DNA of 62,988 nucleotides, filler included, from Octopus bimaculoides (taxonomy: Eukaryota), in the NCBI RefSeq assembly GCF_001194135.2. It is 7 parts of 6 records of this genome, joined end to end, with 100 filler letters (N's around TTAATTAATTAA, not from the genome) between each part and the next. Parts side by side here need not be neighbours in the genome. Positions count along the whole stretch, not along the records: positions 1 to 9,870 come from NW_026424536.1; positions 9,971 to 28,602 come from NC_068993.1; 5 more parts are not named here. One strand, written 5' to 3'. The notes beneath the pieces were generated by a model. The model saw only the letters and a program-made list of their open reading frames with translations. It did no database searches and was not told where the DNA came from. Made by a program: the position numbers and the translations under genes. Of this stretch, positions 1 through 15,076 are shown piece by piece. The first letter of the stretch is position 1; each line of letters opens with the position of its first letter.

Positions 1-1227
1 TATATATATATTACATATATATATATATATATATACACCCATTACACAGTTATTAATACGGTAGAAATTAAACGAATATCCAATACACTTAGGAATAACC
101 AGACATAGTCTATAATATAGAATCTTACACACACACACACACTCACACACACACACACACAAACGCACATTCTCTCAAACACACAGACACACACGCACAC
201 GACCACGCACGCTAACACAGACGCACACATGTAGATTTGTGTATACAGAATTAAGTGTGATATTGGTTCTAGGTAATATGACTGTATATAAATAGGATGT
301 ATTATATGTATCTATGTATATATATATTACATATATACGTTTATATTGTTGTGTGTGTATGAGAATCTGTGTATGTATACATATAAGTGTACATAAATAA
401 ATACATACATAGATATAACATACTATATGTGTATGCGTATATATGCATATATGTCTGTCTATCTAACTATCTATCTATCTATCTATCTATCTGTCTGTCA
501 GTCTGTCTGCCTGTNNNNNNNNNNNNNNNNNNNNNNNNNNNNNNNNNNNNNNNNNNNNNNNNNNNNNNNNNNNNNNNNNNNNNNNNNNNNNNNNNNNNNN
601 NNNNNNNNNNNNNNNNNNNNNNNNNNNNNNNNNNNNNNNNNNNNNNNNNNNNNNNNNNNNNNNNNNNNNNNNNNNNNNNNNNNNNNNNNNNNNNNNNNNN
701 NNNNNNNNNNNNNNNNNNNNNNNNNNNNNNNNNNNNNNNNNNNNNNNNNNNNNNNNNNNNNNNNNNNNNNNNNNNNNNNNNNNNNNNNNNNNNNNNNNNN
801 NNNNNNNNNNNNNNNNNNNNNNNNNNNNNNNNNNNNNNNNNNNNNNNNNNNNNNNNNNNNNNNNNNNNNNNNNNNNNNNNNNNNNNNNNNNNNNNNNNNN
901 NNNNNNNNNNNNNNNNNNNNNNNNNNNNNNNNNNNNNNNNNNNNNNNNNNNNNNNNNNNNNNNNNNNNNNNNNNNNNNNNNNNNNNNNNNNNNNNNNNNN
1001 NNNNNNNNNNNNNNNNNNNNNNNNNNNNNNNNNNNNNNNNNNNNNNNNNNNNNNNNNNNNNNNNNNNNNNNNNNNNNNNNNNNNNNNNNNNNNNNNNNNN
1101 NNNNNNNNNNNNNNNNNNNNNNNNNNNNNNNNNNNNNNNNNNNGAACATTACCTGTAAATAGAAAGGCAACACACATACACACATTGAAATTTATATATA
1201 TATCCATACGTATATATATATATATCT

Positions 1228-1260
<33 letters not shown>

Positions 1261-1836
1261 AATATATATTTTAAATAATGTATGAGATTATATGTGTTTC
1301 GTGTATGTGTGGTGCGTGTACGTTTGTGCGTGTGCCTGTGTGTATGTGTGTGTGTGTGAGTGCGTGTGCATGTGCGTGCGTGTAATATAATTCTTTCCGT
1401 TAATATTCCCCAACAGAAAACTCTAAAATGTGTCTAAAAAACATTTCCCAAACCTAAAACCAGAATTGAAATGTACATTGTAGAATGCAATTATTGGTTG
1501 TCTGTTCGTGTGAATACATACATACACACATTCATACATGCACACGTACATACATGCACATACATACATACACATACATACGTACATGCATGCAAACATG
1601 CACACATACATACATATATATATACACACAAACACACACATATGAGTCTGTGTATGCGTGAGCACGCGTACATCGTATAGCCCTCACGCTATGATTGCTT
1701 TTACTATATCCATAGTCTCACACACATACACACACACACACACATTTATATACACTTTTATGTATGTAAACGCATAAATAATGCTGAAGCCATAATATTG
1801 AGTCTGAATATAAACCTACATACAGGCTTGCCTATG

Positions 1837-1870
<34 letters not shown>

Positions 1871-1884
1871 TGTATGTATGTATG

Positions 1885-1923
<39 letters not shown>

Positions 1924-2484
1924 NNNNNNNNNNNNNNNNNNNNNNNNNNNNNNNNNNNNNNNNNNNNNNNNNNNNNNNNNNNNNNNNNNNNNNNNNNNNN
2001 NNNNNNNNNNNNNNNNNNNNNNNNNNNNNNNNNNNNNNNNNNNNNNNNNNNNNNNNNNNNNNNNNNNNNNNNNNNNNNNNNNNNNNNNNNNNNNNNNNNN
2101 NNNNNNNNNNNNNNNNNNNNNNNNNNNNNNNNNNNNNNNNNNNNNNNNNNNNNNNNNNNNNNNNNNNNNNNNNNNNNNNNNNNNNNNNNNNNNNNNNNNN
2201 NNNNNNNNNNNNNNNNNNNNNNNNNNNNNNNNNNNNNNNNNNNNNNNNNNNNNNNNNNNNNNNNNNNNNNNNNNNNNNNNNNNNNNNNNNNNNNNNNNNN
2301 NNNNNNNNNNNNNNNNNNNNNNNNNNNNNNNNNNNNNNNNNNNNNNNNNNNNNNNNNNNNNNNNNNNNNNNNNNNNNNNNNNNNNNNNNNNNNNNNNNNN
2401 NNNNNNNNNNNNNNNNNNNNNNNNNNNNNNNNNNNNNNNNNNNNNNNNNNNNNNNNNNNNNNNNNNNNNNNNNNNNNNNNNNNN

Positions 2485-2570
<86 letters not shown>

Positions 2571-2959
2571 AGTATGTATGTACGTGTATATGGTACTCAC
2601 GTTCTTTTAGGCATCCATACACGTGAAATACGCTTTGTCGTCAAAAATATGAAGTTGCATCCAAACTTGGCCATTGATTGTTTTTGCTAAACGATATTCA
2701 AGAGTTCATACATTAGGAGAGAACTATTACGTTTGTCGGTTTAAGTGAATCTAAAGAAATAGAAGATTGAGCTGATGTGTAATTGCCGCCAACGGAAGAA
2801 GTTTCTGCTGTGATGCATCATCTGCCTGCAAGCTTTAAATTGAGCTTTTATTACTATTGTCGTGAATGTTGGTTTATATATAAACCATGTCAAATTTATA
2901 TTTTAGTGAATCTCGGGATCATATTTGCATGTGATATGTAGCAAGGTTCTGAATGCGAT

Positions 2960-3080
2960 GCAGTTGCTGATGTAGCAATGCCTCAGCTGCAACATCCGAT
3001 CTTTAGAAGAGAAAGTTTCGCTGAAAAAAGCCAAACTTGTTATCTTTAATCCAGTCTACGTGTCTACCCTCACCTATGAT
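2960..3080 (+). mobile_element. Short RTE-type LINE fragment
   Basis: AKLVIFNPVYVSTLTYD resembles the RTE motif AKLSIY..IYVPTLTYGHE. Confidence 0.4.
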
Positions 3081-5588
3081 CAAGATAATTTCTTATGAAG
3101 TTCTTTGAAATTCTTGGATGTTTTGGGATTAGTTCCATGATTTCTGTAAGCATCCTATAGATATTTAATTTATTCCTTGCAAACCAACGAATAAATAGCG
3201 GCTGAGTGTTTTCAAGTGTATTTCGTTGACGATTGAAAGCTATTACTAAACGCTCTTGTCTTCTTAATTCTTTCTCTTAATAGTGATAAAAGAACTAGAA
3301 ATTTCTCGCCGATTCCTCAATCTTCTCTCCATTTCTGCTGTACTTTGTGCTGTTACATATAATTTATTCAGATTCCACTTAGCTTCCTTTCTCTGTTGTA
3401 ATTGTATCTTTCTTCTCAAAACATTCGCTTCTCTTTCCTTTTATTCTTTTGCCTTTTCGCTGTTTTCCTTTGTATTGATTATTTTCTGCTTCCACATTAG
3501 TGTAAGCTAACATCCTTAATTCTTAATTCTTTTCTTTTCCTCTCCATCCATAGTTACGTGTCGTCAAGATGTATTCTGCAAAACAATCATGAATTTGTCT
3601 AGAGAATGTGGTACGTTTTTAGACTTTACTCTTTTTTGATCTGTTTCCTCATTCAACTCCGACAATCGATACGTTTCTGTATAAAGTTCTCTCCATAATC
3701 TTCCTATCTAAATAAAGTCAAACTTAATATTACCCGCTTTCACACTTCCCTCTAATAATCACCGCCTTTTTCCATACTCAACTGTTTTTTTCCCTCTGCA
3801 TATTGCATTAGTTTTTTTATTCAATTTTACACAAGCCTTTAAAAAGCCTTAGATTTTTAATTAAAAAATATACAGTTATACGACTATAAACCCGCTGTTT
3901 TTCTTTCGTTATCTTTCGCCAACATCACCATGTATTTCTATATTTCATTTTAGCTGCCTTCAGCTTCTTTTGCATATCCCCAATTCCTCCTATTCTATCT
4001 TTTTCCAATGACATCACATTGCCTCTTTCCTCGTCTCTTATGTTTTATTACGCTAACTGATATATTCTCAGTTAGAAACAACAGTTTCTAATAACATCCA
4101 TCGGCGGAAGAAAAAAATTGACCCTGAGAGGAAATGGAAAATACTTAATCAGAGTAGACTATGAAATAATCGGTACATAACAATGCCACGCATGTATAGC
4201 AGAAAAACTATCATTCTATTAAGCAGTATTAAAGGCTCCGAAAAGTATTTAAATACCGTGTAAGATTTTACCGTAAGTTGTCACCACTTTGACATGTTTC
4301 TATTGAAATTTTTGTAAGACCATTTCACTGCTGCACGAAAGGCCGGAGAAAAAAAATAGAACCAAGGCCGAGTTCCGGCAAGAATCAAACTCAGATTGTA
4401 CATGTTTGGAACAAAGTCCACAAACTGTTCTCATCGATGTTGAAATGTCTCTGCAAATACACCTCTGTCCAGTTTTGGTGTATATTTTTATGTTTTTCTT
4501 GTTTTCGTCGCATTACAATTGGACTGGATGACGTCTATGTCGTAATCCGCGGAGTACTGCGCATGCTCAAGTTTTTGAGATTTCTAAAAGGTGTTCATGT
4601 CGATTCTTTTGTCTTTTGGATTGCATTCCGTCTGGTGCACCACCGTGAAATGTTTACAGGAACAAATCCACACCAGTACTCATTTTTTAAACTCTGGTGC
4701 TTCTTCTATTGGTATTTATTTTTTGTTGAGACGTACAATTACAGGAATTTAAACAAATAAATACTGGCTACAGGAGGTAAGGANNNNNNNNNNNNNNNNN
4801 NNNNNNNNNNNNNNNNNNNNNNNNNNNNNNNNNNNNNNNNNNNNNNNNNNNNNNNNNNNNNNNNNNNNNNNNNNNNNNNNNNNNNNNNNNNNNNNNNNNN
4901 NNNNNNNNNNNTCGGTTTCCTGGTTTCAATGGCGTATGTGTTCCCCGACTGGACGGGACGCCAGTCCATCGCAGTGTTACTCATTTTTGCCAGCTGAGTG
5001 GAACTGGAGCAACGTGAAATGAAGTGTTTTGCCAAAGAACACAACGCGTCGCCCGGTCCCAGGAATCGAAACCACAATCTTACGATCATGGTGCTGACAC
5101 CCTTAACCACTAAGCCACGCGCCTCCACCTCACACACACACATAAAGGATGTAAGACTCTACTGTCTCTCTTTGATCTCTTTCTCCTGTTAAAGTTTCTC
5201 TGCAGGAGGACACTGCACGAAACGTTAGATTTCGCACAACCACACCCTTCGACAAATTCACTTTACTCTTTTTGTGAAATATATCAATTGGATCAAACCT
5301 AACGATGCAGACCTAACACAAGTCTTATTACCACATCCCTACTTCTCAACATAGTCACCGTTTCTCTCAGTAGCAATGTTCCACCTTCAAATGAGAGCAC
5401 GTATCCCTGTCCTGTAAAATTCTGTTGACTGTTGACTACAGTTTTCACTTCCTCGTCACTGGAATAATCTAGCTCCTTCAAACTATTATCTCTTCGGCCC
5501 CATGAAGAGTGACGAGGAAGTGAAAGAACAATCAACAGAATTTTACGGGGCAGGGAAACATGCTCTCATTCGAAGGTGGAACATTTCT

Positions 5589-5858
5589 TATTTCTTTACT
5601 GCCCACAAGGGGCTACACACAGAGGGGACAAACAATGACAGACACACGGATTAAGTCGATTATATCGACCCCAGTGCGTAACTGGTACTTATTTAATCGA
5701 TCCCGAAAGGATGAAAGGTGAAGTCGACCTCAACGGAATTCGAACTCAGAACGTAGCGGCAGACGAAATACCGCCAAGAATTTCGCACGTCGCGTTAATA
5801 TTTCTGGCAGCCCCTCACCCTTCTGGCAGCTCCTCACCCTTCTGCCAGGTAGTAGAAT
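5589..5858 (-). mobile_element. SINE family 2 (ggcggtgagctggcagaa head) with a 14-bp TSD, inserted in a palindromic MITE (5332-5912)
   Basis: TSD ggtggaacatttct at 5575-88 and 5859-72. Other copies at 9975-10110(-), 25937-26095, 45645-45850, 53115-53330. Confidence 0.85.
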
Positions 5859-6728
5859 GGTGGAACATTTCTATTGAGAGAAACGGTGACTCTGTTGAGA
5901 AGTAGGGATGTGATCCACAGAGGACCAGCTTCGTTTTGATGTATGATACATGTTCCTGTGTTGGTGATTACACCTGTCCTAAACAAAATGGCATCACTTT
6001 TTGACTCACCCTCGTACTCTGCACATCAAATGACATTTATTTCTCACTGGATGGAATAGGTTTTTGCGGACCTTACTTTAGTGTGTATATATTGACTTAT
6101 AGGAAATCGCCGCTTTCATGCGTGTGAATACCCCGATTGTTAGACTGGTCCACAATGTTTATCCTGCATACGAGTGAAACTGCGAGTATATATAAGGAGT
6201 GAATCATCAGTTTTACACAACTAGTGAAATTCTAACAAGCGTTTTGAGTACTACACCGTTTCTTACTTTGCCTTTACACACACAAACACACACACACACA
6301 CATGCTCACACACACATGCTCACACACACATGCTCACACACATACACACACAAAGACACACATGCTCACACACAAACACACACAAGCACACTCGCACACA
6401 CATACACACAAAAACACACAAAAACACACACTCATATATATATATATATAATGTATGTATGTATATAAACATATATATACATATATACAGACATATATAT
6501 ATATATATGTATATATGTGTGTCTATGTATGCATACTTATACACGCATATGTGTAAGTACTCCAAAAACAAAAAAAATATTGGTATAGATATATATGTGC
6601 ATATATGTGTGTATACGTATGTATATATATATATATGTATATGTATATATATCTATGTCTATCTCTGTATATATATTTGTGATTGCATGTATCTACTAAT
6701 ACACATACATTCACATATATATACATAC

Positions 6729-6805
<77 letters not shown>

Positions 6806-7929
6806 NNNNNNNNNNNNNNNNNNNNNNNNNNNNNNNNNNNNNNNNNNNNNNNNNNNNNNNNNNNNNNNNNNNNNNNNNNNNNNNNNNNNNNNNNNNNNNN
6901 NNNNNNNNNNNNNNNNNNNNNNNNNNNNNNNNNNNNNNNNNNNNNNNNNNNNNNNNNNNNNNNNNNNNNNNNNNNNNNNNNNNNNNNNNNNNNNNNNNNN
7001 NNNNNNNNNNNNNNNNNNNNNNNNNNNNNNNNNNNNNNNNNNNNNNNNNNNNNNNNNNNNNNNNNNNNNNNNNNNNNNNNNNNNNNNNNNNNNNNNNNNN
7101 NNNNNNNNNNNNNNNNNNNNNNNNNNNNNNNNNNNNNNNNNNNNNNNNNNNNNNNNNNNNNNNNNNNNNNNNNNNNNNNNNNNNNNNNNNNNNNNNNNNN
7201 NNNNNNNNNNNNNNNNNNNNNNNNNNNNNNNNNNNNNNNNNNNNNNNNNNNNNNNNNNNNNNNNNNNNNNNNNNNNNNNNNNNNNNNNNNNNNNNNNNNN
7301 NNNNNNNNNNNNNNNNNNNNNNNNNNNNNNNNNNNNNNNNNNNNNNNNNNNNNNNNNNNNNNNNTGCCCAAGATGCCACGCAGTGGGACTGAACCCGGGA
7401 CCATGTGGTTTTGTAAGCTAGCTACTTAACACACAGCCACTCCTACGCCTATTTATATATATACATATATAAATAATATATATATATGTATACTATCGAG
7501 AGCATATATATATATATATATATATATATGAGAAATAGAAATTGAAAATGCACTGAGAACAGTTAAAATATTTTGTATAAATATATTTGAAGCTTGAACT
7601 GGTTTCATGGTTTGCACTGATTTGCAGAGTTCAAAACGAAAGACGTCGCTCTTGTCGCAGCTGTCTTGCTTCTGACAAGTGTTTGAAGCTTACCCCGTTG
7701 TTATAGGGAGTTTATGCTCCTATTAGTATATGTTTTGAATAGGATTCGATTGGTAGAGGCGAGTCACATGATTCGTCTTAGTAATTTTTGTCGGTCTAGA
7801 TACATGAATAACGTAAATTAACATATGGCTTGAACGTCCACAAATATCTACTAGAAAACTGGAAACGTTACTTAGATGATTGACTAATCCTATTAACGCA
7901 CACATTTGAACAGCTTATCGATTTCAAAA

Positions 7930-8140
7930 AGCTAATCGACAGCATAAACCATAATATCAACTTTAGCATGGAATACAGTAAAACTCAACTGCCATTCCTG
8001 GATATACTAATCGCCAAACGAGATAAAACCATTGAAACAGATATTCACTACAAATAAACCGATTTTAAACAATACTTACTGTTCTTCTGGTGTCATCCCA
8101 AACACACAAATATAATATTCCCTTTAATCTAGCAAGAGAA
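7930..8140 (+). mobile_element. Penelope-like RT C-terminal fragment
   Basis: SINHNINFSMEYSKTQLPFLDILI..IETDIHYK*TDFKQYL.F..CHPKH-KYNIPFNLAR. Confidence 0.85.
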
Positions 8141-9008
8141 ATTTGGACCGTTTGTCGTTTTTCGTACTTCTCCGATATTGTTTTGGCACGTTCTATTCCG
8201 TTGTCTATTAGCATCAATGGATATTGTCTTTTAAGTAGTTCTTATTTTAGTTCCTGGAGTCTTTTATTGCGAGTTTCAGGGTTTGAGACAATTGTCCCCT
8301 TAACTCAGTGGTTCGGCAATAGAGACAGATAAAATAAGTACTAGGCTTACAAAGATTAAGTCTTGGGGTCCATTTGTTCGACTAAAGGCGGTGCTCCAGC
8401 ATGGGCGCAGTCAAATGACTGAAACAGGTAAAAGTATTAAAGAATATATATATATATATATTTNNNNNNNNNNNNNNNNNNNNNNNNNNNNNNNNNNNNN
8501 NNNNNNNNNNNNNNNNNNNNNNNNNNNNNNNNNNNNNNNNNNNNNNNNNNNNNNNNNNNNNNNNNNNNNNNNNNNNNNNNNNNNNNNNNNNNNNNNNNNN
8601 NNNNNNNNNNNNNNNNNNNNNNNNNNNNNNNNNNNNNNNNNNNNNNNNNNNNNNNNNNNNNNNNNNNNNNNNNNNNNNNNNNNNNNNNNNNNNNNNNNNN
8701 NNNNNNNNNNNNNNNNNNNNNNNNNNNNNNNNNNNNNNNNNNNNNNNNNNNNNNNNNNNNNNNNNNNNNNNNNNNNNNNNNNNNNNNNNNNNNNNNNNNN
8801 NNNNNNNNNNNNNNNNNNNNNNNNNNNNNNNNNNNNNNNNNNNNNNNNNNNNNNNNNNNNNNNNNNNNNNNNNNNNNNNNNNNNNNNNNNNNNNNNNNNN
8901 NNNNNNNNNNNNNNNNNNNNNNNNNNNNNNNNNNNNNNNNNNNNNNNNNNNNNNNNNNNNNNNNNNNNNNNNNNNNNNNNNNNNNNNNNNNNNNNNNNNN
9001 NNAATATG

Positions 9009-9066
<58 letters not shown>

Positions 9067-9626
9067 GACGTACATGCGTGTACGTATATTCAATGTGTGT
9101 AATTTGAAGAGCCATGAGTCTGCTGTTGTTATATTTAAGCAGCTATGTTAGAATAAAAGCCCTCGGGGAGTAACATAAAATAAGTCGATCCCTTTACAAT
9201 AATGTATTTTCCCCTTTCACCTACATTATGCTTTTTTGTTTATTAATAACTGGTTTCTTATCTCTTATTATATGTCACTAAATTTCTCTAAAACACACAC
9301 GCACACACATACTGACGTACACGCATACATATATACGTAAGTAGGGGTGTGTGTATATATGTAAGTATATATCTATGCATGTGAATATTGGTATTTAAAA
9401 ATATGCTGGTTCCGTTTGTGAATATGCACGCGTGAATAAACATATATACATATATACATATATACATATACGTTATATATATGAACATGTAGGTGTGTGT
9501 GTATATATAGATATAAGAATATATACACGTGCACATCCATACCAATGTATATATATATATATAGCTGCATATATATGCATATATGTATATATGAAGGCGC
9601 ATATATGCATATACATACACACATAT

Positions 9627-9678
<52 letters not shown>

Positions 9679-9914
9679 GTATGCATAGGATTCGTTGCAC
9701 CTGCACACATATATATGTATGCGTATATACGCACACACTGGCAAAAACGCACAGATATATATATACACACACATATACATACACGTATATACATACGTCG
9801 ATAGACATACACGTACACGTTATCTAAATTTTACACGCACACGCGTATATATATATATATATATATATATNNNNNNNNNNNNNNNNNNNNNNNNNNNNNN
9901 NNNNNNNNNNNNNN

Positions 9915-9926
9915 TTAATTAATTAA
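9915..9926. other. Artificial scaffold linker TTAATTAATTAA (also 28647, 39726, 50618, 53421, 61601)
   Basis: The identical 12-mer sits in the middle of a 100-bp N block (44 N each side) and has stop codons in all six frames. Confidence 0.92.
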
Positions 9927-10474
9927 NNNNNNNNNNNNNNNNNNNNNNNNNNNNNNNNNNNNNNNNNNNNGTGCTTAATTTATCGATCCCGAAAGGCTGA
10001 AAGGCTAATCGACCCCTCTGGCATTTCATTTGAACGTGAAGAGAGACGAAAACCGTTAAGCATTTCACCCTGAGTGCTAACGATTCTGCCTTCTCGCTTC
10101 CTTATGTGTGTATAATAATGATGGTAGTCTCTCCTGGTCCGAGAAACACGGTTTTGCAATTTCATGTCGAATTACCGGTACAAATGATTTGTTCATAGCG
10201 GTCAAATGTATGTGCTTTTACCTCAGCTCACTCCCTCCATCAAACCGACGTTGCCCGAACTGGTGCACGGCGTGCCACCGCAGTTTACATGTAAGGTGTT
10301 GATATGATTGTAGAGCGACGCAAGACGAAGTGTTTTGCTCCAGAATACAACGGGCAACTCGGTCCAGAAATTGAAACCATGATCTCGAGCTCGTGAGTGC
10401 AACACCCTAACAACTAGGCTACGTGCTAACACACACACGCGCGCGCGCNNNNNNNNNNNNNNNNNNNNNNNNNN

Positions 10475-10506
<32 letters not shown>

Positions 10507-10780
10507 ACACACTTAGATACACCGAGGTACATGCACACATATTCTACTGTATTAGAATATACACGTTGCGTAACTTGGGTCTGGTTTCCTGTACATAGGG
10601 AAAAGACGGGATGCTCACGGTTGGATGATTTCTATCATAAGTCTGATCGATAATTTTTGATCTGGGAATAAGCAAAAACCAGAACGAGGGAGTCAACAAC
10701 ATCCACCACTAGAAACTACTGCTTATACATGGCATTGCAAAATGCTAGTATCATTGGAGATGTACTGGGAATTATTCTCC

Positions 10781-11460
10781 TACAAGGTGCATTCCAAAAG
10801 TTTTGTGACTTTCCAATGAGAGACATTCATTAACCTCAAAAAAGTACATAAGGATAATCTCCTTCAAAATAGGATCCTCTGACAACAATGCACCTGTTGG
10901 TGCGTTCCACCATCTTCGCAAAGTTCTCTCGGATGTCTCCCAAAGTGAAAGTGTCCAGGGCACTTGTCACACGCCACTTCATTTTCTCGTTCAGCTTGGG
11001 GAGCAATCGCAAGTCACAGAGAGTAAGCCCTAGACTAGTGTTTCTCAACCATGGACCCCTCTGGTTCATCATTTATTAGGATGGCCCCACAAAGCCATTT
11101 TTGGTGTTTAAAAATATCACGTTATATTTTTATAACCAAATATTATTAGGGTTTGTATATAAAAAGATTTATGTGTTGTGGAAGTATAAACAATTTATTG
11201 CACATAAACTTTGGCAACGAAATCTTTTATTGACACTCAAGGGCCATGTGGACCCTATTTGAAAACCACAGCTCAAGACTGTAGGGAGGAGATGAGGGAC
11301 AGTTTTAATGACAATCTCTATCAAGTTTGATATCAAGATGGAATTTCGGACTGGTGCATTCTCCTGGGGCTCTGGTCTTTTGCGACGAAATCTCTTCCTG
11401 AACACCCTAAAAGCTTCTACAAAGTACTCTCTGTAGATGGTCTCGGTTTCATCCAAATTA
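10781..11460 (-). mobile_element. mariner fragments
   Basis: CDLRLLPKLNEKM..ERTNRCIVVRGSYFEGD plus TIR tacaaggtgcattcc (10783); second fragment YFVEAFRVFRKRFRRKRPE (11330-11460). Confidence 0.7.
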
Positions 11461-12982
11461 GAAACACTGATCGTTGTTGTTTAGCCCCGGTCAGTCCTGA
11501 TGTGAGCATCTTTGAACATAGATGTTCCATCCTTGACCGTCCCGCCAGTTTGCGTAATCAAGAGGACATACTTAAATGAGTTCCTTATTGTTGTTAATTG
11601 TTCTTGTTTAAGACCAGGTCAGATCTATGATCAAGGACGTTCCAACTTTGACGATCTCATCTTATATAACTAACTGGACATTAATCAATATGTTCCCCTT
11701 TTGTATCACAGTAGAAATTTAGTCACTATTTCTAGCAGGTCGATTGGTCATATCCTTGGCATATCATCTTGGTACAATCCATATTCCTTCCAGATTTATA
11801 TATGTACTTAAGGGATTGGATTGTAAGCCTTATAAATTAATCCAATTTATAGACACGTTTCACACAAGTTCGTGGCTGGTTTCAACCCTGCAATACATTC
11901 TGCTTTACAAATCACTGGGCAAAAATATCTGCAAGTTAAATGAGGTGCCAGAGACTATGTACCAGACACAAAGCACAGAGAGCTGAAACAAATACCGTAA
12001 GATATTTTGCCTTACGCTTCGACGACTTTGCCAGTTGGCAACTTAAATGCTGAGCTGTAATTATGACTAGAAACATAAAGAAAAGTTAGTCGGTGGCAAA
12101 TATCCATCGTTTTAGTAGATTACAAATTATTTATGCTACCAGGGGTTTCAGTGAGCAAGGGTAGATCCTTTGGAGGATGATGTGAGATGAGTTGCGTTTA
12201 TTACGCTTTAACGATTCTGCCAGTCGGTAGTCTAAATGCTGAGCTGTGATGGTGAAAAGAAGCGTAATTCAGTGAAAGGTAATCGTTGGGAAAATCTCTG
12301 TCGTTTTAGCAAATTGCTTGAAGTGGCTTAGTGGTTCGGCTGTTGCACTCACGATCGCTAGATTGTGGGTTCAATTTCTACGCTGTGTTCTTGAGCAAAG
12401 CACTTCATTTCACATTGTTCCAGTTCCTCGTCGATCAAGGGGGATTGTTGGCTTGCTCACCTACCCAGCAAGGTGGCGTCATTTGAAGACAAAAAACAAT
12501 GCAAAAAAGCGCGTTGTGACCAGCGATGTATAACAACATCTGATTGCCTGGTTGGTCACGTGATCACGTAACTTGAAGTAACAAGGTCTTCGATGAACAT
12601 GAGTAAGGCCTCAGAATGGGTGAGTAGAGGTAAGTTACTTTGCTTAGGTAAACACCAGGCGCTAACATAAAAAAAAGCAAGGACAGTGGTGAATATTGTT
12701 TCAAGCCTGATCCAACTGATTCGTGCTCAAAGACGTTCCAGCCGTGACTATTCTACCTTTTTAGGATCGTGTAGAACTCCAATATCTGAGGTGTTTGTTA
12801 AAAATTATATTGAGAAATTTTCAGTTGTTTAGTCAGAGATTAAGGGCTGCTATTTTTAGGAATTTGGAGAACCGCTGTCAAGGACAATTATTCTAACTAC
12901 TATTGTGTTGATGTCGTGGTGGTCATGCCAGGTCATTATTGCAGTTGTTGTGATGGTGGTGGTGGTGGTGGTNNNNNNNNNN

Positions 12983-13040
<58 letters not shown>

Positions 13041-15040
13041 ACACACGCACGCACACACACACACGCACACACATACAAACATATATACATATATGTATAT
13101 ATGTGTGTGTATATACATACATATATATATGTGTGTATGTGTGTGTCATACACTAGATTGTCTAGTGTGCTTGTGATACGTAAGAATTTTGGAGTGTGTA
13201 AATTGAGGGAGATTTAACTACTATTTCCAGTTGCTACTGCTGTTGCTGCTGCTGATGCTTTGGCAGTTGATATTGCTGCAGCCAGCTGCTGCTGTTGCTG
13301 CTGTAGGTCCTGCTATGGCACTTTTGTTGCTGCTGCTGCTGCCGCCGCCACCGCCGCCGCTGCCACTGCTGCTGCTGATGTTGCTGCTGTTACTAAAAGC
13401 TGAACATTTTCAAAGCACAAGAAATAGAGGCAGTAAGTCTGTGTGTGCTCTTGTTTACACATATCTCATTGCGACTGATTTGAGATGAATACGTGTAATG
13501 GGAGTTGAAGCAGACATAAAGAGAGAGAGAGAGAGAGAGAGAAAGAAAGAGAGAGAGATAGAGAGAGAGAGAGAGCAATAAGGTAATATCAAAGAGAGGG
13601 AGAGGAAAAGAAAGAGAGACGAAACGATAGAGAGAAAGGAAAGAGACAGCTAGAGACAGAGATAAAGAGAAAGATAGACACAGGAAAAGAGAATCAGATG
13701 TAATACTTTTATTTCTTACAGCTTTATTTCGAGCCAGCATCATTTCCTCCCCGTTCCCCATTCCCACTTACATCTCTCAACACCCCCTCTCTCTCTCTCT
13801 TTCTTTCTCTGACCCATCACAGACACACACAAACACACACACACATATATATATACATATATATATACATATACATCGTTTACGTAAAGGACACATATTT
13901 TAGAATCACTGTCACTCAATGTTCGAGACTTTAGCTGATAGGTGTTGAGTAATAAAAGTTTTGGGTTGAAGAACAAACAATAGAGTTACCCTACTAACCA
14001 TTCGATACAACTGATAATATTTGTGAGGAAATTAAGTGTAAGAAGATAAAAGGGCTGACCATAAAAGCTTAGTAGGCCCTCGGGTATAATAGGCTCCACT
14101 AATGCATTTTTGATAAGATATTTATGATTCTACACATGATAAGAGACAGATCCATCATCAAATAAAGGAATTAAGATATATCGATTTTCTATTGATCTGC
14201 ACAGCAAGCCAAGCATCATTTCACCCAATCAATGAATTCTGATACGGATATATCATCATTGCTGTGTCAAGAGATGGGTTCGCAGCTAAAACCAACTGTT
14301 AAAAATTGAAACACGCTGTCCCTTAGGCTAACAGACTTGATTAGTTATATATATATATATATATATATNNNNNNNNNNNNNNNNNNNNNNNNNNNNNNNN
14401 NNNNNNNNNNNNNNNNNNNNNNNNNNNNNNNNNNNNNNNNNNNNNNNNNNNNNNNNNNNNNNNNNNNNNNNNNNNNNNNNNNNNNNNNNNNNNNNNNNNN
14501 NNNNNNNNNNNNNNNNNNNNNNNNNNNNNNNNNNNNNNNNNNNNNNNNNNNNNNNNNNNNNNNNNNNNNNNNNNNNNNNNNNNNNNNNNNNNNNNNNNNN
14601 NNNNNNNNNNNNNNNNNNNNNNNNNNNNNNNNNNNNNNNNNNNNNNNNNNNNNNNNNNNNNNNNNNNNNNNNNNNNNNNNNNNNNNNNNNNNNNNNNNNN
14701 NNNNNNNNNNNNNNNNNNNNNNNNNNNNNNNNNNNNNNNNNNNNNNNNNNNNNNNNNNNNNNNNNNNNNNNNNNNNNNNNNNNNNNNNNNNNNNNNNNNN
14801 NNNNNNNNNNNNNNNNNNNNNNNNNNNNNNNNNNNNNNNNNNNNNNNNNNNNNNNNNNNNNNNNNNNNNNNNNNNNNNNNNNNNNNNNNNNNNNNNNNNN
14901 NNNNNNNNNNNNNNNNNNNNNNNNNNNNNNNNNNNNNNNNNNNNNNNNNNNNNNNNNNNNNNNNNNNNNNNNNNNNNNNNNNNNNNNNNNNNNNNNNNNN
15001 NNNNNNNNNNNNNNNNNNNNNNNNNNNNNNNNNNNNNNNN

Positions 15041-15076
<36 letters not shown>

